Origin: a virus
DNA length: 64,000 nt
Virus record (IMG/VR): IMGVR_UViG_3300025751_000003
Direction: 5' to 3' (one strand)
In this document: piece by piece, positions 33,185 to 42,471 of the stretch
Numbering within the stretch: the stretch's first letter is position 1
Layout: each line of letters begins with the position of its first letter
Notes under the pieces: generated by a model
Databases searched by the model: none
Told to the model about the DNA's origin: nothing
The model's input: only the letters and a program-made list of their open reading frames with translations
Position numbers and translations under genes: made by a program

Positions 33185-33304
33185 TCAGAACCAGTGCGGC
33201 TTGGGCACATAGGCAACGCCCCTGTAAACCAGAGAGGCCATTTGTGCTTCACGCAGACGTGCGGCTTTCTCAAGCTGCTGCTTGATCAGTGCAAGAGGGT
33301 TCAT
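33185..33304 (-). CDS. possible 39-aa protein with a YRGV motif (DUF4278-like)
   Basis: MNPLALIKQQLEKAARLREAQMASLVYRGVAYVPKPHWF, below the track cutoff. Confidence 0.35.
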   Translation of the reverse strand: MNPLALIKQQLEKAARLREAQMASLVYRGVAYVPKPHWF

Positions 33305-33389
33305 GGTGGTTCCCGATGATGCTGTCCCCGTTCCGTGACAGCGAGTCATGCGCCCCGTCGCCGGGGTGAACGTACTTTTAGTTTATCAA

Positions 33390-33460
33390 GCCCCTGGCAG
33401 GAATTGAACCCGCGGCTAATGCTTTACAAAAGCATTGCTCTACCACTGAGCTACAAGGGC
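33390..33460 (-). tRNA. tRNA-Thr (anticodon UGU), no encoded CCA
   Basis: The reverse complement GCCCTTG TA GCTC AGTGGTA GAGC A ATGCT TTTGTAA AGCAT TAGCC GCGGG TTCAATT CCTGC CAGGGGC folds as a full cloverleaf with a 7-bp acceptor stem. Confidence 0.85.
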
Positions 33461-33677
33461 GAGGGGCGGGAGTAGGACGCAATAGTCCAATAATGGCCGT
33501 GCGGCGGCCCTCCCGCAGCTTCATCGTTGTCCTGGTAAGGCAACAGCAAAGGGAGCTTCCACCCTCCCCTTGCAATTCGGGGGTGCCTGAACCACCCCCT
33601 ATAAAACCACTCAGGCGTCCCCTCGTGGCTGCATCGCGATTGCTCAGAAACTATAAAGCAAAAATAAAACGATGGAG

Positions 33678-33818
33678 CTATTGCCGCCAAGACCAATAGA
33701 TGGTTCCACCTTGCTCTGAAATCCAGCGATGGTGGTGACGTGCTTCATGAAGCGGCACGCAAACTTGGTGTTTGCGGCCATTCAATATGTATTGCATGCA
33801 AACTGTATTGCCATTCAT
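33678..33818 (-). CDS. possible 46-aa protein
   Basis: ATGA-coupled to the upstream ORF (MNGNTVCMQYILNGRKHQVCVPLHEARHHHRWISEQGGTIYWSWRQ). Confidence 0.35.
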   Translation of the reverse strand: MNGNTVCMQYILNGRKHQVCVPLHEARHHHRWISEQGGTIYWSWRQ

Positions 33819-34057
33819 ACGTCGTACAGACGACACTCGGGAGCTTCCGGGTTTTGCCGGCACAAAACCTCCCAGCGCGTTGACGTGGAAAAGGGAAGGT
33901 CTACCTCCTTTTTATACGCGGCCATGGCTTCGACATAGGCATTATTTGCCTCGCAGGCTTGCTCGCTGTCTGCCCCGTGCTCGTTAAAGGCCGTGGTGAA
34001 CGCAAAGGAGGCATCCACTACTTTTGCAAAGGCTTGGTGAAGAGCTTCCCTTTCCAT
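33815..34057 (-). CDS. hypothetical protein
   Basis: 80-aa ORF downstream of terL on the same strand. Confidence 0.5.
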   Translation of the reverse strand: MEREALHQAFAKVVDASFAFTTAFNEHGADSEQACEANNAYVEAMAAYKKEVDLPFSTSTRWEVLCRQNPEAPECRLYDV

Positions 34058-34091
34058 TGCATCATCTTGAACACTTTTAGGCTAAGTGTTT

Positions 34092-34274
34092 TCAAGTGGA
34101 TTGCTCTTGGCGCTGCTGTTTTTTGAGCGTTTGCTGAATTTTGCGGAGGCGTGGCAGCAGGGACGGTTGATAAAAATGCTCTGCCGCAAGAAGCTGCAGC
34201 GCAGTTTGGCGATCACCCTCTAATAGTGCTACCAAGAACTGCACTTCTTTGGGACTAATTTCAAGCGTTTCCAC
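34092..34274 (-). CDS. hypothetical protein
   Basis: 60-aa ORF. Confidence 0.45.
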   Translation of the reverse strand: METLEISPKEVQFLVALLEGDRQTALQLLAAEHFYQPSLLPRLRKIQQTLKKQQRQEQST

Positions 34275-34314
34275 TTCGGCATTGTGAAAATAAATTCTTG
34301 AACATACTAAAGGT

Positions 34315-35679
34315 TCAAATGAATCCGTCTAGCCAATTAGCCTCGTCGTCTTGATTTGCGGCGTGAATTGCTGCGGCCAATGCAAATGCATGGTCGTCAA
34401 TGCCAGTTTGCTTGCCACCAGTTACCGTCCATTGTCCGCCTGCTCTATACACCACAGTTAGACCTTTGATTTCACTAATTGCCTTTTCATGGTTGTAAAT
34501 GTTCACCTGTCCAGCATTAAATAATTCCCGCATCTTTGAGAATGCTTTTACTTTGGAATTGATGGTCCAAGTGAGTTCTTCAATGGGAAAATCACCAGTG
34601 AGGGCCTGGATTGTGCCTGCGCTGTTGTATTGGTCCATGACGATCTTGTCAAACAAATAGAGCTTGTGCTGTTCCCTTATCCAGTCTTCCACTGCATTGA
34701 TATTTACTTCCTTCCTTCCATTAATTTCAAAGTCGGCAACAAACGTGTGGAACTTGTCAACAACTAGAGTGCCATTATTGAAATGAACAATACAGGCGGT
34801 GTAGTTATCTCGACCAAGGCCGCCGCGAGCAGGGTCAAGCGCTAGTACATATGTTCCCATAAAGGCCTCTTCAGGAGGCAATGCCTTGCGTTTGTCGTCA
34901 ATGCAGGCCTCTACTACATCAGGAGAGATGAGAGCAGAGAGATTGGCAGAGAACTGCGCCCCATATTCCACATTGAACTTATCTGGGTCACGCTGGCGCT
35001 CCAGCTCCAGGAATTCACGAGAGATGGTGGGATTCATCTCCCATGTTGGGAGGTTTACAGCTTGCAAATGGGAAAACCGCCCTGAGGCGGCTTCCTTGAA
35101 ATGTTGATAGAAGAGGCCGTCTGTGAGCCAAGGCGAAGAGAGTTCAAGGATTTTGCCTTCCCGGCCAAACTGTGCCACTGCAGGAGAAAGCGCTTGATAG
35201 ATGCCGTTGGCGCCAGAGTTGGCATCGCCGTCTACTGCGAAGGCAAGCTCGTCAAACACACAAGCGCAACATGCAAGACCACGAGCAGCCCTACCGGAGG
35301 TGGGAATAGCTTTGAACACGCAACCATTGCTCATCTCAAGCTGATCTGCCGTTTCGCGCTGGATTTCTTGGGCGAACGGGCTATCGAGGATGAGCTGGCG
35401 GATGTTATTGAGGGCAATGCGGCTCTGATCTTGACTGTTGGCCACTGTCAAGACGTACCACTTCTCCCCTTTCCGTACCTTGCTTTTGTATTTCTCTTCC
35501 AGTACAAAACAGATGTAGACGCAGGCAACGGCAGCCATAAGCGTTTTACCACTACGGCGACCGAGAGCCCAAGTTGCCTGTGAATAGCCGCCAGTGAAGA
35601 AGCTGTCAAGAATTTCAGCTTGCTTCGGATAGAGTTCAAGCTTTAGGGCGTGCTTGGCAAAGTCTGAGCAGCTAAGCAT
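34315..35679 (-). CDS. terL: terminase large subunit
   Basis: Walker A ALGRRSGKTLMAA, the FDELAF Walker B region and a C-terminal RNaseH-like nuclease region (LALDPARG..DNYTACIV...DDHAFALA). Confidence 0.9.
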   Translation of the reverse strand: MLSCSDFAKHALKLELYPKQAEILDSFFTGGYSQATWALGRRSGKTLMAAVACVYICFVLEEKYKSKVRKGEKWYVLTVANSQDQSRIALNNIRQLILDSPFAQEIQRETADQLEMSNGCVFKAIPTSGRAARGLACCACVFDELAFAVDGDANSGANGIYQALSPAVAQFGREGKILELSSPWLTDGLFYQHFKEAASGRFSHLQAVNLPTWEMNPTISREFLELERQRDPDKFNVEYGAQFSANLSALISPDVVEACIDDKRKALPPEEAFMGTYVLALDPARGGLGRDNYTACIVHFNNGTLVVDKFHTFVADFEINGRKEVNINAVEDWIREQHKLYLFDKIVMDQYNSAGTIQALTGDFPIEELTWTINSKVKAFSKMRELFNAGQVNIYNHEKAISEIKGLTVVYRAGGQWTVTGGKQTGIDDHAFALAAAIHAANQDDEANWLDGFI

Positions 35680-36164
35680 GCTTTTAGTTCCTCAATCGGG
35701 CGAAGATTCTCTTTAGGAACGAAATAAGAGACGCGCCCTGGTACGTGACTCTTTTTCCACTTGTCCTGCATTGCATCGTAGGCCTTGATCCACCCGTGGA
35801 TGCGTATCTCCCGATGTTCGATGGTGACCAATACCAGGGTCTTAGAGGAGGTTTCGTCGAGCATGCACGCCAGATCATAGTAATGTCGTGCTCGTGTTTT
35901 TACATCGATGTCCGGGGGTAAATCATAACTTCCGCGTCGGGCTTCACTCTCCTTAAACACTTCATCTTTAAGGCCAAGATATGAAGCAACGGCCATCTCA
36001 CCACCGGCCCCAAGGATGTGAACACGGAGGGCATCTTGCCCGTGAGTGGGGCCTCGATCACGGCCAATTTTGCCCTGAATCATGTTGACGCTCTGCCGAC
36101 GCTCACCTTCTGCAATGGCGAGCGCCTTCTCGGAGTGTGACAGCTCCCACGTTATGTAGCCCAT
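35643..36164 (-). CDS. putative PD-(D/E)XK-like nuclease upstream of terL
   Basis: GAGGEMAVASYLG ... YDLPPDIDVKT fits an E...D..(D/E)xK arrangement. It overlaps terL by 37 nt. Confidence 0.4.
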   Translation of the reverse strand: MGYITWELSHSEKALAIAEGERRQSVNMIQGKIGRDRGPTHGQDALRVHILGAGGEMAVASYLGLKDEVFKESEARRGSYDLPPDIDVKTRARHYYDLACMLDETSSKTLVLVTIEHREIRIHGWIKAYDAMQDKWKKSHVPGRVSYFVPKENLRPIEELKACLAAQTLPSTP

Positions 36165-36192
36165 GGTGTGCTAGGCGAATCCTGACGTTTCA

Positions 36193-38118
36193 ATGTATCC
36201 AGTTTTAGAATGGTTGCAACATCAGGATTTCTTATGCATGGCTGACGTTACACAAGGTGTGGATATGGTGCAGCTCGGGCACAGTTCCGAGGGTGGTATT
36301 CGCGCTGATGGCCTGCAAAACGTGTTCACCGGCATGGGTACGACACGTGATAAGACCACACGTACTACTGTTAAGCCCGTCAGCTTCATGGGCCATGAAG
36401 ACCTTGAAGGTCTTTATGCACATTGGCTCATGCGCCGCATTGTTGACCTCGTGGCGGATGAGAGCACCCGCGAGGGTTTTGAAATTTTGTTTGGCGGGGA
36501 AGGCGTGAACGCCGAAACCCTTTCCGGCGTTGAGCAAGCTATTGAAGACCTCGAAATCCTGTCGGGCTTTAACGAGGCAGCTAAGACTTCACGACTGTAT
36601 GGCGGCAGCGCACTGTTGCTTTACATCGATGATGGCCGTCCGTCTGATATGCCCGTTGATCGGAGCAACATTCGTGCCGTGGAGGGCATGGAATGCCTGG
36701 ATCGGCATCAGATTGCGCCGGTTATCAGCGAAGACAGTCTTTACGACTATTCAAAAGCAACTTACTACCAGATTATTTCTGGTGATCTTATTCAGCAACC
36801 CAATCTTCGCGCCATCCATAAAGACAGGATTTTGCGCTTTGACGGCATTTGGCTGCCCTACCGCACCCGTCAGAAGAACTATGGCTGGGGCATGAGCGTG
36901 CTGCAGAGCGTGTTTGAGAGCTTCAATCACTACTACAGCGGCACTTCCTCCATTGCCACTCTTCTTACTGAATTCGACATTTTCGTTCACAAGGTGCGGG
37001 GCCTGGCTTCGATGCTTGCTGCAGGCAAAGAAAGTCAAGTGAAAGACCGCCTGCAACTGAACGACATGAGCAAGAGCATCTATCGCGGCTACGCGATTGA
37101 TGCTGAAAAGGAAGAGCTGGCATTTGTGAGCCGCCACTTCGGTGGCGTCTCTGAAATCTTGGAGAAGCTGCGGCTTGACATTATTGCTGCATCTGGCATT
37201 CCCCATACATTGTTGTTTGGTCAGTCGCCGTCAGGTCTTGGCGCTACTGGCCGCTCGGAGGAGCGTGATTTCGCGAAGATCTGCCATCACTACCAGGAGA
37301 CACACTTTCGCAAGCCTCTAATGAAGCTGATGGAATACATCATGCTCAGCAAGGCGGGGCCGACCAATGGGAAGGTGCCTGATAACTGGCGCGTGAGCTT
37401 CAAGCCGCTATTTGAAATGAATGAGCGGGAGCTGGCGGACGTGCGGGCGCGTGTTGCTGCCGTCGATGCTCGCTACATCCAGGTGGGTGTGCTCACACCG
37501 CAGGAGGTGGCTGATAGCCGCTTCGGCAAGAGCGAATACAGCATTGAGACCACTATCGATCCGTCCATCGTGCGGGAAATGCCTGACAAGGCTGGTAGTG
37601 GCGATGGAAAACTGGCAGTGTCTCCTGGTGGTCGTGATCCTCTCGATCAGGCCAATGGCACTCTGCCAATGGACGGCACTCGTGGAGCCTCTCCTGATGA
37701 CGAAACAATGGACGAGGCAGGTCTCTATCTCTCGCGGGATCTAGAGCATCAGCGTGGAGATGTGGAATTCAAGGACAAGGAACTCCACAAGAAGGCAATT
37801 GCTGCAGCGAAGGCCAAGTTCAAGACTTGGCCAAGCGCAGTGGCCGGGGCCTATGTCACGCGAAAGTACAAAGAGCTGTATAAGCGCAAGCACGGCAGCA
37901 TGGAAGGCGCCTTCAAGGGCAAGAAGGAAACTGCCGAATATTTCAAGGAGGATGCCATCGAGCCAATGAAGGCCGAAGGGCTCATTCTTGGCGACATCGA
38001 CGAGGCCTCCCTGATTTCTCAGGCTGATATTGATGCTGCATTGAACCAGTGGAAAGCGGAGGCGCCGGAGCGCTTTAAGGACATCTTGGAGGCTTCTGAT
38101 GCTCAGCCCACTGAGTGA
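36193..38118 (+). CDS. portal protein (DUF1073-type)
   Basis: GLQNVFTGMGTTRDKT near the N-terminus, 641 aa, located next to terL. The real start may be at 36238 or 36265. Confidence 0.8.
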   Translation: MYPVLEWLQHQDFLCMADVTQGVDMVQLGHSSEGGIRADGLQNVFTGMGTTRDKTTRTTVKPVSFMGHEDLEGLYAHWLMRRIVDLVADESTREGFEILFGGEGVNAETLSGVEQAIEDLEILSGFNEAAKTSRLYGGSALLLYIDDGRPSDMPVDRSNIRAVEGMECLDRHQIAPVISEDSLYDYSKATYYQIISGDLIQQPNLRAIHKDRILRFDGIWLPYRTRQKNYGWGMSVLQSVFESFNHYYSGTSSIATLLTEFDIFVHKVRGLASMLAAGKESQVKDRLQLNDMSKSIYRGYAIDAEKEELAFVSRHFGGVSEILEKLRLDIIAASGIPHTLLFGQSPSGLGATGRSEERDFAKICHHYQETHFRKPLMKLMEYIMLSKAGPTNGKVPDNWRVSFKPLFEMNERELADVRARVAAVDARYIQVGVLTPQEVADSRFGKSEYSIETTIDPSIVREMPDKAGSGDGKLAVSPGGRDPLDQANGTLPMDGTRGASPDDETMDEAGLYLSRDLEHQRGDVEFKDKELHKKAIAAAKAKFKTWPSAVAGAYVTRKYKELYKRKHGSMEGAFKGKKETAEYFKEDAIEPMKAEGLILGDIDEASLISQADIDAALNQWKAEAPERFKDILEASDAQPTE

Positions 38119-38761
38119 TTCATGGCCTCGGTTTGATGCCGAATGGTCATATGACACTAACTTGGGGCGCTACAGGCGCCCCTCTGGTCAATTCATGAGC
38201 GAGAAGGCCGTAATGGCTCTCGTTGATGGTCGCATCGACAAACTTGGTCAGCAGTTACGCCGTTTCACTCAAATGTTGGCCGATGGCAACATCACGATTG
38301 ATCAGTGGCAAGGCAGTGTCCGCGAAGCAATTAAGGCTGCTCATATTCAAGCAACAGTGCTTGGGCATGGTGGCAAGGACGGCATGGGCAGCGCAGAGTA
38401 TGGCCGCATCGGTCAAAGGCTTCGTGCGGAATACGGTTATCTTCAGAAGTTTGCTGGGGATATTCTGGCTGGGCGCGTTTCTACTGCCATGGCTCTTGCT
38501 CGTGTGCAGCTATATGCTGAGAGCGTGCGAGGTTCTTACTGGGAAGGTTCCAGTATTCGTCAAGAACGACAGGGCTACTCCCTGATGCGTCGCATCCTCG
38601 ATCCGCAAGCGCAGCATTGCGATGACTGCCTTCGCTATGCAAGGGCTGGATTGGTGTCGATGGGAAGCCTGCCTATGCCTGGACAACGCTGCGAATGCCG
38701 ATCCAGATGTAGATGCAGTGTTGAATACAAGCGCAACGCTGTACCGACAGTCCCTGTCTAA
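38099..38761 (+). CDS. head morphogenesis protein (Mu F / SPP1 gp7-like)
   Basis: Position directly after the portal gene and a C-terminal Cys cluster (CDDCLRYARAG...GQRCECRSRCRCSVEY). Confidence 0.6.
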   Translation: MLSPLSDSWPRFDAEWSYDTNLGRYRRPSGQFMSEKAVMALVDGRIDKLGQQLRRFTQMLADGNITIDQWQGSVREAIKAAHIQATVLGHGGKDGMGSAEYGRIGQRLRAEYGYLQKFAGDILAGRVSTAMALARVQLYAESVRGSYWEGSSIRQERQGYSLMRRILDPQAQHCDDCLRYARAGLVSMGSLPMPGQRCECRSRCRCSVEYKRNAVPTVPV

Positions 38762-38799
38762 AAACTAGGCCTAACATTGCGCAAGACATTGCGCTTTGT

Positions 38800-39996
38800 A
38801 TGGCCAAGATTCTTTACTGCGGAGACGCTGCAGTTCAAACTGGATTCGGACGGGTGGCAGAGAATTTGCTGCCTGAGCTTGCGAAAGAGCATGAAGTGGT
38901 GGTGCTCGCCGTCAACTGGTGGGGCGACCCGCATGAATTGCCCTATCGGATGTATCCAGCTAATGCAGGAGGAGCCGATCCGTTCGGCTCCCATCGGATG
39001 CAGGAGCTTCTGATTAAGGAGAAGCCCGATCTGGTGTTTGCGGTGAATGATATTTGGATTTTGAATAAGCTGTGGAAGGTGGCTAAGCCCCTTAAAGAGG
39101 CGATTGGCTTCAAGTGGTATGGCTACTTCCCCACTGACAGCTACGGCTTCTTCCCGGAAGTGTTTGAGGATTGCAAGGAGTGGGATGGCATGGCCACCTA
39201 CACGCAGTTCGGATTGGAAGAAGTGCGCAAGGCGGGCTGTGAAATGCCGTGCGATGTTATTCCGCATGGTATTGATCGCTCTACATTCTTCCCCGTTAAA
39301 AAGAATGAAGCACGCAAAGCGATGAGCGTGCCCGAGGATCTATTTATCGTCTTTAATGGCAATCGCAATCAGCCACGCAAGCGCATTGATTTGACTATCA
39401 AAGCGTTCATTGCATTTGCGCTGGACAAACCTGATGCTCGCTTATGGCTCAATATGGGGTCGAAGGATCAGGGATGGGATTTGATTCCTCTGTTTAAGCG
39501 TATTTCTCGTGACTATGGTTACGACCCTGCGGGCAAGTTGATTCTCACAAGCAAGGACTTTGATGTGATGAATTGCCTGCCAGTTGACAAGCTCAATCTT
39601 GTGTATAACGCTTGCGATGTTGGCGTTAACACTTGCATTGGCGAGGGCTGGGGCCTGGTGAATTTTGAGCATGCCGCCACGCGCACTGCTCAGATTGTTC
39701 CCGACCACACATCGTTGAAGGAGATCTTCGGCGGCATCCCGCGCATTCCCATCGAAAGCTGGGAAGTGGACTGTAACTATGGCTTGGACCGTGGCATTCC
39801 TTCTGTGAATGATCTCGTGGCCATCCTTAATAATTACTACGAGAATCGCGACAATCTTGACAAGGTGGCGCAATGGTGCTACGACGAACTTCAGGATGAG
39901 AAGTATTCGTGGAGCACGATTGGTGCGAGCGTGGTCAAAATTGTTAACAATGTCCTGAAGAAGCCCACATCTGGCAAGGGCTTTGGCAATGACTAA
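38800..39996 (+). CDS. GT-B (GT1/GT4-like) glycosyltransferase
   Basis: MAKILYCGDAAVQTGFGRVAENL..., ...CIGEGWGLVNFEHAATRTAQIV (E-x7-E region). Confidence 0.7.
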   Translation: MAKILYCGDAAVQTGFGRVAENLLPELAKEHEVVVLAVNWWGDPHELPYRMYPANAGGADPFGSHRMQELLIKEKPDLVFAVNDIWILNKLWKVAKPLKEAIGFKWYGYFPTDSYGFFPEVFEDCKEWDGMATYTQFGLEEVRKAGCEMPCDVIPHGIDRSTFFPVKKNEARKAMSVPEDLFIVFNGNRNQPRKRIDLTIKAFIAFALDKPDARLWLNMGSKDQGWDLIPLFKRISRDYGYDPAGKLILTSKDFDVMNCLPVDKLNLVYNACDVGVNTCIGEGWGLVNFEHAATRTAQIVPDHTSLKEIFGGIPRIPIESWEVDCNYGLDRGIPSVNDLVAILNNYYENRDNLDKVAQWCYDELQDEKYSWSTIGASVVKIVNNVLKKPTSGKGFGND

Positions 39997-40675
39997 GCGT
40001 CGCGTGAGCGTGGGGATTCCCACGCTTTCTTGTTATGACAAGCTCATCCGTCTGTGTAATCATCTTCTCAATGATGAGCACCCTTGTATAGAGGCAGAGG
40101 TGTTGATTCTTGACAATGGTGGGCGAATGAAGGAGAGCGGTGCTGTTGATGCGCTTGCGGAAAAATGCGATCTTTCCAAATGGAAGATTGCAGTGCCACC
40201 GTATAACCTTGGTGTGGCAAAGTCGTGGAATTATCTCATCAATCAGCTCAATCAATGCATTATTGCGAATGATGATGTGGTGTTCGGATTGAATGACATC
40301 GCGGCCTTTTTAGAGGCCGCTGATGCCAATCCTGGCAGCATTTTGCTGGAGACTAATCATCCCGTTGGTGGGTTTTCCACGTTCTACGTGAATCGCCCTG
40401 AGCGCTGGCTGGGAATGGGAGGCTTTGATGAGCTATTTGCACCTGCTTACTTTGAAGACAATGATTGTCGTTGGCGTCTGCTGGTGGAAGATAATCCCGC
40501 GATCAAAGTGAATCTTCCTTCATGGAAGCATGACAACAGCAGCACATTGCATAGCGGTGATGATCGTTACAAGCGAATGCATTGGTGCTGTTTTGAACGC
40601 AATAAGGCCTACTACCAAACGAAATGGGGAGGCCTCCCTGGCAAGGAACAATTCACTTCTCCATTCGGTAAATAG
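39983..40675 (+). CDS. GT-A (family 2-like) glycosyltransferase
   Basis: VSVGIPTLSCYDKL...VLILDNGG...IIANDDVVF. Confidence 0.65.
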   Translation: MAMTKRRVSVGIPTLSCYDKLIRLCNHLLNDEHPCIEAEVLILDNGGRMKESGAVDALAEKCDLSKWKIAVPPYNLGVAKSWNYLINQLNQCIIANDDVVFGLNDIAAFLEAADANPGSILLETNHPVGGFSTFYVNRPERWLGMGGFDELFAPAYFEDNDCRWRLLVEDNPAIKVNLPSWKHDNSSTLHSGDDRYKRMHWCCFERNKAYYQTKWGGLPGKEQFTSPFGK

Positions 40676-40677
40676 CA

Positions 40678-41220
40678 ATGGCGCATTTTGAACAGCAAGA
40701 GTTCGTACAGAGTGTGAAAAACGAATTTCCGTCGTTTTTCCATGGAGGGCGAATCATTGAGATGGGGAGCCTTGATATCAATGGAAGTGTGAGGCGTTTC
40801 TTTGAAGAGCCGAAGGAGTACGTGGGTGTTGACGTGGGGCCTGGGCGAGGCGTTGATGTGGTGTGTGAGGGCCAGAATTATGACGGCGCCACTGGCAGCT
40901 TTGATGTGGCCATCTCTGCTGAGTGCTTTGAACACAATCCCCATTGGGAAGCCACATTCGCAAACATGCACCGTTTGGTGAGAGATGAGGGCTTATTGGT
41001 GATGACCTGCGCCACCGTTGGGCGCCCAGAGCATGGCACAACAAGAAGCGACAGGGGCAGCAGTCCGCTAACAGTTGGTAAGGGCTGGGACTATTACAAG
41101 AATTTGATTGAGGAAGATTTCTACGACGCTTTTCCCATTGCCTGCATGTTTTCGGAACATTGTTTTAAGGTGAATACAAGTAGTCACGATTTGTACTTCT
41201 GGGGGCTTGTAAGTAAATGA
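40678..41220 (+). CDS. class I SAM-dependent methyltransferase
   Basis: RIIEMGSLDINGSVR (motif I), YVGVDVGPGRGVD, FDVAISAECFEH. Confidence 0.7.
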   Translation: MAHFEQQEFVQSVKNEFPSFFHGGRIIEMGSLDINGSVRRFFEEPKEYVGVDVGPGRGVDVVCEGQNYDGATGSFDVAISAECFEHNPHWEATFANMHRLVRDEGLLVMTCATVGRPEHGTTRSDRGSSPLTVGKGWDYYKNLIEEDFYDAFPIACMFSEHCFKVNTSSHDLYFWGLVSK

Positions 41221-41522
41221 CATCGAAGCAGAAGCAATCGAAGGTGCGCAAGGTGATGCGCGAATTCAAAGCGGGCACCTTGAAGGGCGGTGACGGCAAG
41301 CCCGTGAAGAGCCGCCAGCAAGCCATTGCCATTGCAATGAGCGAAGCTGGCATGGAGAAGAAAGATAAGAGCGACGCTTATTGGGATGCCTACATCGACA
41401 CGATGTGCGGCTCAATGAGCAAGGAAGGAATGGAGGATGAGGAAGAGATGGATGGCAATCCTGCTGAGGCTCGTTGCAAGGGCTATCTGTCAAGCCTGCG
41501 CAAGCGCAGAAAAAAGGGCTAA
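41217..41522 (+). CDS. DUF6496-like small basic protein
   Basis: KVRKVMREFKAGTLKGGDGKPVKSRQQAIAIAMSEAG. Confidence 0.5.
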   Translation: MTSKQKQSKVRKVMREFKAGTLKGGDGKPVKSRQQAIAIAMSEAGMEKKDKSDAYWDAYIDTMCGSMSKEGMEDEEEMDGNPAEARCKGYLSSLRKRRKKG

Positions 41523-41557
41523 GGGGCGACGCTGAAGGCTTCGCCCCTCCTGCAAGC

Positions 41558-41866
41558 GTGAGAAGTGCTGCGCGGCGCGGCCTTGAGCTGCGCCGAAAGC
41601 ACGGCAAAGGAGGGTTGACTACTAAAGAAGCTGGAAAGCAAGGCATTGGAAGCGGCGTGGCACGAGCCACGTCGCTAGCTAACGGGGACAAGGTTAGTGC
41701 GGAGACAATTCGTCGCATGGTTGCATTTTTCTCACGACACGAGAAAAATAAAAGTGGCGGAGAAGATGACGCCGGCTACATTGCTTGGCTTCTATGGGGT
41801 GGCGACGCTGGTAAGTCTTGGGCAAATCGAACACTTAAGATGCTGGAAAAGCGTCAACAAAAATGA
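41558..41866 (+). CDS. conserved phage head-module protein of unknown function
   Basis: ARRGLELRRKHGKGGLT...VARATSLANGDKVSAETIRRMVAFFSRHEKNK. The GTG start at 41558 is preferred over the track start at 41474. Confidence 0.5.
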   Translation: MRSAARRGLELRRKHGKGGLTTKEAGKQGIGSGVARATSLANGDKVSAETIRRMVAFFSRHEKNKSGGEDDAGYIAWLLWGGDAGKSWANRTLKMLEKRQQK

Positions 41867-42180
41867 TGGAAGGCCTCAGAATGGTGCGTGAGGAAGAAGA
41901 CGGCATCAGTGTGATGCAGGCCTTGCAGATTTTGTCTCGCAATGCCCACCGCAGTACCTCTCGATGGGAACTTGTCGAGAAGCAAGTTTTCAAGAATGGG
42001 CGTCTAGAGGAAACGCATGAATATGTGGTGAGCGTTTACGACGTTCCCGATTCGGAGTTTGAACCTGCCAAGTTTTTAGTGTTTGAAGCAGTGGCGATGG
42101 CCAAGGCTTACATCATGGATGGTATTGAGGAGCAGCTTGCTTCTATTCGTGATGAACACGAAGATGACGATGATGATTGA
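41863..42180 (+). CDS. acidic hypothetical protein
   Basis: 105 aa ending EHEDDDDD. Its stop abuts the convergent XRE gene. Confidence 0.5.
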   Translation: MMEGLRMVREEEDGISVMQALQILSRNAHRSTSRWELVEKQVFKNGRLEETHEYVVSVYDVPDSEFEPAKFLVFEAVAMAKAYIMDGIEEQLASIRDEHEDDDDD

Positions 42181-42471
42181 TTAGTCCTTCGTCGCATGAA
42201 CGACGAAGGACGGATAGCCCATCAACCAGAGCACACTGAGCTGAAAAACTCCGCTCATTACTTTAATTTGCGCAACATCAGGGGCAAGGATGCCGCTTTC
42301 AATGCGGGAGATGGTGGCCTGATCGCAGAATAGAAGCTCTGCCAGGGCTCGCTGTGAAAGACCGCAACTTTGGCGGGCGTCTTTAACTCGCGAGCCTATG
42401 AGAGCCTTTGCTTCGCTGTACGAGGAGCGAGGGCTTTTAACTTTACGCCCGACCAGATCTTTCTGCGTCAT
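42181..42471 (-). CDS. XRE-family HTH regulator with hydrophobic C-terminus
   Basis: GLSQRALAELLFCDQATISRIESG is a classic HTH_3 motif. The start is taken at MTQKD (42471), and the tail reads FQLSVLWLMGYPSFVV. Confidence 0.75.
   Translation of the reverse strand: MTQKDLVGRKVKSPRSSYSEAKALIGSRVKDARQSCGLSQRALAELLFCDQATISRIESGILAPDVAQIKVMSGVFQLSVLWLMGYPSFVVHATKD

Noticed and set aside
33390-33460. The tRNA considered as an attP/integration site indicating a temperate phage.
   Set aside because: It is a complete, well-folding tRNA rather than a 3' fragment, and no integrase or excisionase is visible in the window. Integration cannot be excluded from the sequence alone.
38758-40255. Minus-strand ORFs of 169, 193 and 103 aa.
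   Set aside because: They are antisense to the two glycosyltransferase genes, which carry recognisable motifs.
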